This document shows positions 63,395 to 64,000 of a DNA stretch of 64,000 nt, in pieces (the stretch's first letter is position 1; every line of letters begins with the position of its first letter). Where the stretch lies: assembly GCF_006345805.1 (NCBI RefSeq), contig NC_043023.1:20336001-20400000 (forward strand), written 5' to 3'. Below the pieces are notes generated by a model. The model was not told the origin of the DNA, searched no databases, and worked only from the letters and a program-made list of their open reading frames with translations. This DNA is from Octopus sinensis. Its lineage: Eukaryota. The position numbers and the translations under genes were made by a program.

Positions 63395-64000
63395 TTCTTT
63401 AGCCCCAGGTCAGTCCTGATCCAGACAGGTCTGTGTTCAAAGATGTTCCAGCTGTGACCATCCCATCTATAATTCAGGCCTAGTGTATCCAGGAGTACAT
63501 TATCTAATGTATAGTACAGGAGTCAGTAGCTATAGTTGTTGCTTAGCCCTAGGTCAGTCCTGATCCAGACAGGCCTATGACCAAAGATGTTCCATCTGTG
63601 ACCATCCCATCTATAATTCAGGCCTAGTGTATCTAGGAGTACATTATCTAATGTATAGTACAGCAGTTAGTAGCTATAGTTGTTGCTTAGCCCTAGGTCA
63701 GTCCTGATCCAGACAGGCCTATGACCAAAGACGTTCCATCTGTGACCATCCCATCTTTTATTCAGGCATAGTGTATCTAGGAGTACATTAGATAATGTAT
63801 AGTACAGGAGTCAGTAGCTATAGTTGTTGTTTAGCCCTAGGTCAGTCCTGATCAAGACAGACCTATGACCAAAGACGCTCCAGCTGTGACCATCCCATCT
63901 TTTATACAGGCATAGTGTATCAAGGACTACATTAGATAATGTATAGTACAGGAGTCAGTAGCTATAGTTGTTGTTTAGCCCTAGGTCAGTCCTGATCCAG
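63395..64000 (-). repeat. 144-bp family tandem array, inverted orientation, runs off the window
   Basis: TAGTGTAT starts at 63481, 63625, 63769 and 63913. Confidence 0.9.

Overview
Eukaryotic, very repeat-rich genomic DNA, most likely a coleoid cephalopod (Octopus-like; inferred from the tRNA-derived SINE types and extreme microsatellite density). The only host gene is a + strand IQSEC/BRAG/schizo-family Arf-GEF (IQ motif + Sec7). It has five coding exons in the window (1-2309 open at the 5' edge, 49024-49185, 58033-58114, 61625-61657, 63171-63345), which join in frame through GT-AG introns, and the gene continues past the window end. The roughly 60 kb of intron holds LINE fragments (RTE, R4/Dong-like, Tx1-like, CR1-like), three or more SINE families, Helitrons, MITEs, satellites and several long fold-back hairpins. 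Most notable: (i) up to six sequence-distinct families (12 motifs) of minimal type I hammerhead-ribozyme folds of the Penelope-like pLTR kind, two with intact catalytic cores (4738-4819 minus, 56023-56097 plus); (ii) one hammerhead family fused behind a tRNA-derived Pol III head, with a tandem pair resembling a retrozyme (19141-19780); (iii) the Sec7 catalytic glutamate sits on a frame-preserving 33-nt microexon. All folds were worked out by eye, none was computed, and repeat boundaries are approximate.
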